Assembly: GCA_024679065.1 (NCBI GenBank)
Contig: JAGIQG010000005.1
Location: 58,404,001-58,468,000 of the forward strand
Source of the DNA: Sphyrna mokarran
Lineage: Eukaryota
Direction: 5' to 3'
DNA length: 64,000 bases
This document shows positions 61,335 through 64,000 of the stretch, piece by piece. Both the position numbers and the translations under genes were made by a program. Position 1 is the first letter of the stretch; the number at the start of each line of letters is the position of its first letter. The notes beneath the pieces were generated by a model. That model did no database searches. It was not told the origin of the DNA and saw nothing but the letters and a program-made list of their open reading frames with translations.

Positions 61335-61803
61335 CTTCATGGGCTAAGAATGAGATTGTCTTTCTCATTCTTTATCATTCAACGTACGAAGATTTAAAAA
61401 AAATGAAAGCTGATCATGACAGAGCTAATTCATAACCTGGTCATTTGATGCTAATAACGCCCAATTGCTAACTGAAAGTTTACTTGGTTTTTGGGATCCT
61501 TTGCAGAATGTACCAAGGGAGTCTGCCCTTTAGTGTGGGACATAGATCGCACTAAGTGCTGCTTTCCATTGTCCTATAGCCTCTAAAATGTTATTACAAA
61601 GTCAGAAGTGTTATTTGCACTTGCCTATGTAAACCACATGGTGATATTTTCAGATGGTGATCAGCAACAATTTTCTCCTAAGTTTCGGGAGCTCTTGAAT
61701 TTTATTCCTATGCTTTTATATTATTTTGTGATGCTGATATTGCTTTTGATTTCTTCCATGTGAAATTGCTGTTGCTAAGGAGTGTGACTGCTTGATGCAT
61801 TTT

Positions 61804-61985
61804 AGTCATTCACTTGGATATTTTCATGAATTCTAATAATATTATTCTTCTGTGCTCTTTCAGTTCAACCATGTGCACAAGGGATGTGTGTACGCTAACT
61901 TCTAATGTGGGGATCTGTCGAAACAATCTGGTGGAAAGAAAGGAAAAGGTTATTAGAATTCATGAAAATATCCAAATGAATGGCT
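61804..61985. repeat. 36-bp inverted repeat pair (2 mismatches, 110-bp spacer)
   Basis: 61804-61839 AGTCATTCACTTGGATATTTTCATGAATTCTAATAA versus the reverse complement of 61950-61985. Confidence 0.9.
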
Positions 61986-62239
61986 GTAATACGTGAGACA
62001 ATCATGGTGAATGTCGACAAAGGATCAAGATGCACTGAGTATGTAGAAAATATCATTGTCTGAGAGGTTACTCTGAACTCATCAAAGGATACCTGAACTT
62101 GAAATGTTATTGCAAAATGGTTCATTTTCAACCAGAGGAGGCAAAGGGACAGTAAAAGTATTTCTCAGTTTGTGACTAAATTGAGGAAACATTTGACTTT
62201 GTTTTTATTTTTGACAATGCAACAAGGCTTATCTATAAG

Positions 62240-62335
62240 AAAAACAGAGAATACTGGAAATACTCAGCAGGGATGGCAGCTTCTGTAGGCGTAAAAAACA
62301 AAATTAATGTTTCAAGTCAGTTTGACATCTACAGT
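62240..62335 (-). mobile_element. Terminal fragment of the second Penelope-like family
   Basis: AAAACAGAGAATACTGGAAATACTCAGCAGG..TTAATGTTTC; matches 50815-50866. Confidence 0.45.
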
Positions 62336-62567
62336 TTGAATGAACGGTTGTTAGAGAAAGATTAGCAGAAGACAGACTCACATGTGTTTCAGCTCTGGAA
62401 GGAGTGCTTGGATGGAGACAGCTGAGAGGTATATTAGGGAATTGTAGGTCACAATGTCCACTATGTTTGAGTGATCAGAGTTATTCAAAAATATTGGAAT
62501 TTTGATAAAAATAATCATAATGCTGTCAGAAGTTTTCATAAGAAGGCTAATTGCCATAATTGCACTG

Positions 62568-62882
62568 GGGAGGCACAGTAGCACAGTGGTTAACCTCACA
62601 GCACGAGGAGCCTGGTTCAGTTCTAGCCTCGGGTGACTATGTGAAGTATGTACGTTCTCCCTGTGTCTGAGTCAATTTCCTCCAGCTGCTCTGGTTTCCT
62701 CCCACAGTGCAAAGATGCGCGGGTTAGGTTGATTGGCCACGCTAAATTGACACTAATGTTCCTCAGTGTTACTAAGGGATTTGCAAGGTAAGTATGTGGG
62801 GTTACTGTAAAGGGCCTGGGTTGGACTGTTTGATGGGCCAAATGCCTTCCTTCTGCACTGCAGGGATTATGTTATTCTATGA
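62568..62882 (+). mobile_element. HE1-like SINE, CR1-type tail
   Basis: HE1 core; tail CTGCAGGGATTATGTTATTCTATGA. Confidence 0.88.
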
Positions 62883-63005
62883 ATTGGGCCATTTAACTAG
62901 GTACCGCCAGAAGCCAGTCAGTGCTGCAAAGAGGGGGAAGAAAAGGAAGCCTCAAGTCATATCATAATGCCAAGAGAAATCAAGAATAATAAGAGTGTGA
63001 ATTAT

Positions 63006-63315
63006 GGGTGGCATGGTGGCATAGTGGTTAACACTGCTACCTCACAGCGCCAGGGACCCAGGTTCAATTCTGGCCTTGGGTCACTGTCTGTGTGAAGTTT
63101 GCACATTCTCCCTGTGTCATCTTTGTCCTCTGGATGCTCCAGTTTCTTTCCAAAGATGTACAGGTTATGTTGATTGGCCATGCTAAATAGACCCTACTGT
63201 CAGGGGGATTAGCAGGATAAATATGTGGGGTTATGGGAATAGGGCCTGGGTGAGATTGAGGTCGGTGAATACTTGATGGGCTGAACGGCCTCTTTCTATG
63301 TAGGAATGCTATGGT
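63006..63315 (+). mobile_element. HE1-like SINE, CR1-type tail
   Basis: A-box TGGCATAGTGG, B-box GGTTCAATTC, core TGTGTGAAGTTTGCACATTCTCCC. Confidence 0.9.
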
Positions 63316-63329
63316 TTTCGATATACAGT

Positions 63330-63635
63330 GTAATAGCTCATCAACAGCACTTTCCAAACCTGCAATCCTAACCACTTTGAACGACAAGTGCAGCAGATGT
63401 GTTGGAACACAAACCTCTGTACATTCCCCTGAGATGCCATGCTGAGTTGGAACTATATTACTGTTCCTTCACTGTCACTGGATCAAAATCCTGGAATTTC
63501 ATTCCGAACAGTATGGGTGTAACTACACTACATGTACTGCAGAAGTGCAAGAAAGCACCTTCACTTTCTCAAGGACAATTAGGACAAATTCTTCCTTGCC
63601 GTTGTCACTGACATCCCATGAACAAATAACAAAAA
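63330..63635 (+). mobile_element. LINE family B 3' fragment
   Basis: Homologous to 13080-13370 and 61020-61330; TCTCAAGGACAATTAGG..CATCCCATGAAC. Confidence 0.75.
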
Positions 63636-64000
63636 TCTAATGTTCACTAAATTGATTCCTTTGTTGAGCGAGATGAAGAAATCATTTTAAAAGGTAAAAT
63701 CAGTGAAGAAGATTCCACAGCAGAAAAGAGCCAAAAGAATTGTGGTTCATGACTAGATCGAAAGTACTAAATATGAATTTGAAATGGATGTGGGAGCTGT
63801 AATAATGATAATGTCATTAAAAGTACATGAGGAAAGGTTCAGAAAATTATCTTACAAGAAATAGATGACACTTTAATAAAAGGTTTCTCTGGGCATCCCA
63901 GTCATCGAGAAATAAATGTCAAAAAAGCCCCAACAATCTCAGAAAATAATTATCTTTAATAGTAATTGAAAGAAATGTTTCCTGACTAAGGGGTGCTGAT

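Larger units (their letters stand above)
61990..64000 (+). mobile_element. Decayed Gypsy gag-protease region with nested SINEs and a LINE, running off the window
   Basis: gag-like NVIAKWFIFNQRRQRDSKSISQFVTKLRK (~62103-62190); protease EFEMDVGAVIM (~63775-63810). Confidence 0.65.

Overview
Non-coding, repeat-dense vertebrate DNA, almost certainly from a shark or other cartilaginous fish, judged from the many HE1-like tRNA-derived SINEs and their CR1/HER1-type partner LINEs. I found no credible host protein-coding exon, rRNA, true tRNA or CRISPR array. Well over half the window is decayed or nested transposable elements: four Ty3/Gypsy LTR remnants, several CR1 subfamilies (two young near-identical copies), three Rex1/Babar LINEs, L2 remnants, three Penelope-like elements (two with clear TSDs, all with hammerhead-ribozyme motifs), PIF/Harbinger-like remnants and MITEs, and two tRNA-derived SINE families. 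Most notable observations: (1) a CR1-group LINE whose 5' end appears to be the tRNA-like head and body of a SINE that also shares its 3' tail; (2) an exact 100-bp locally templated inverted insertion with a snap-back hairpin; (3) a 181-bp mini-Penelope carrying a hammerhead core; (4) HE1-like SINEs with alternative tails matching CR1 versus Rex1 LINEs; (5) a perfect DR5 retinoic-acid response element in unique sequence. Boundaries of old elements are approximate (tens of bp). Family names come from motif recognition, not database searches.
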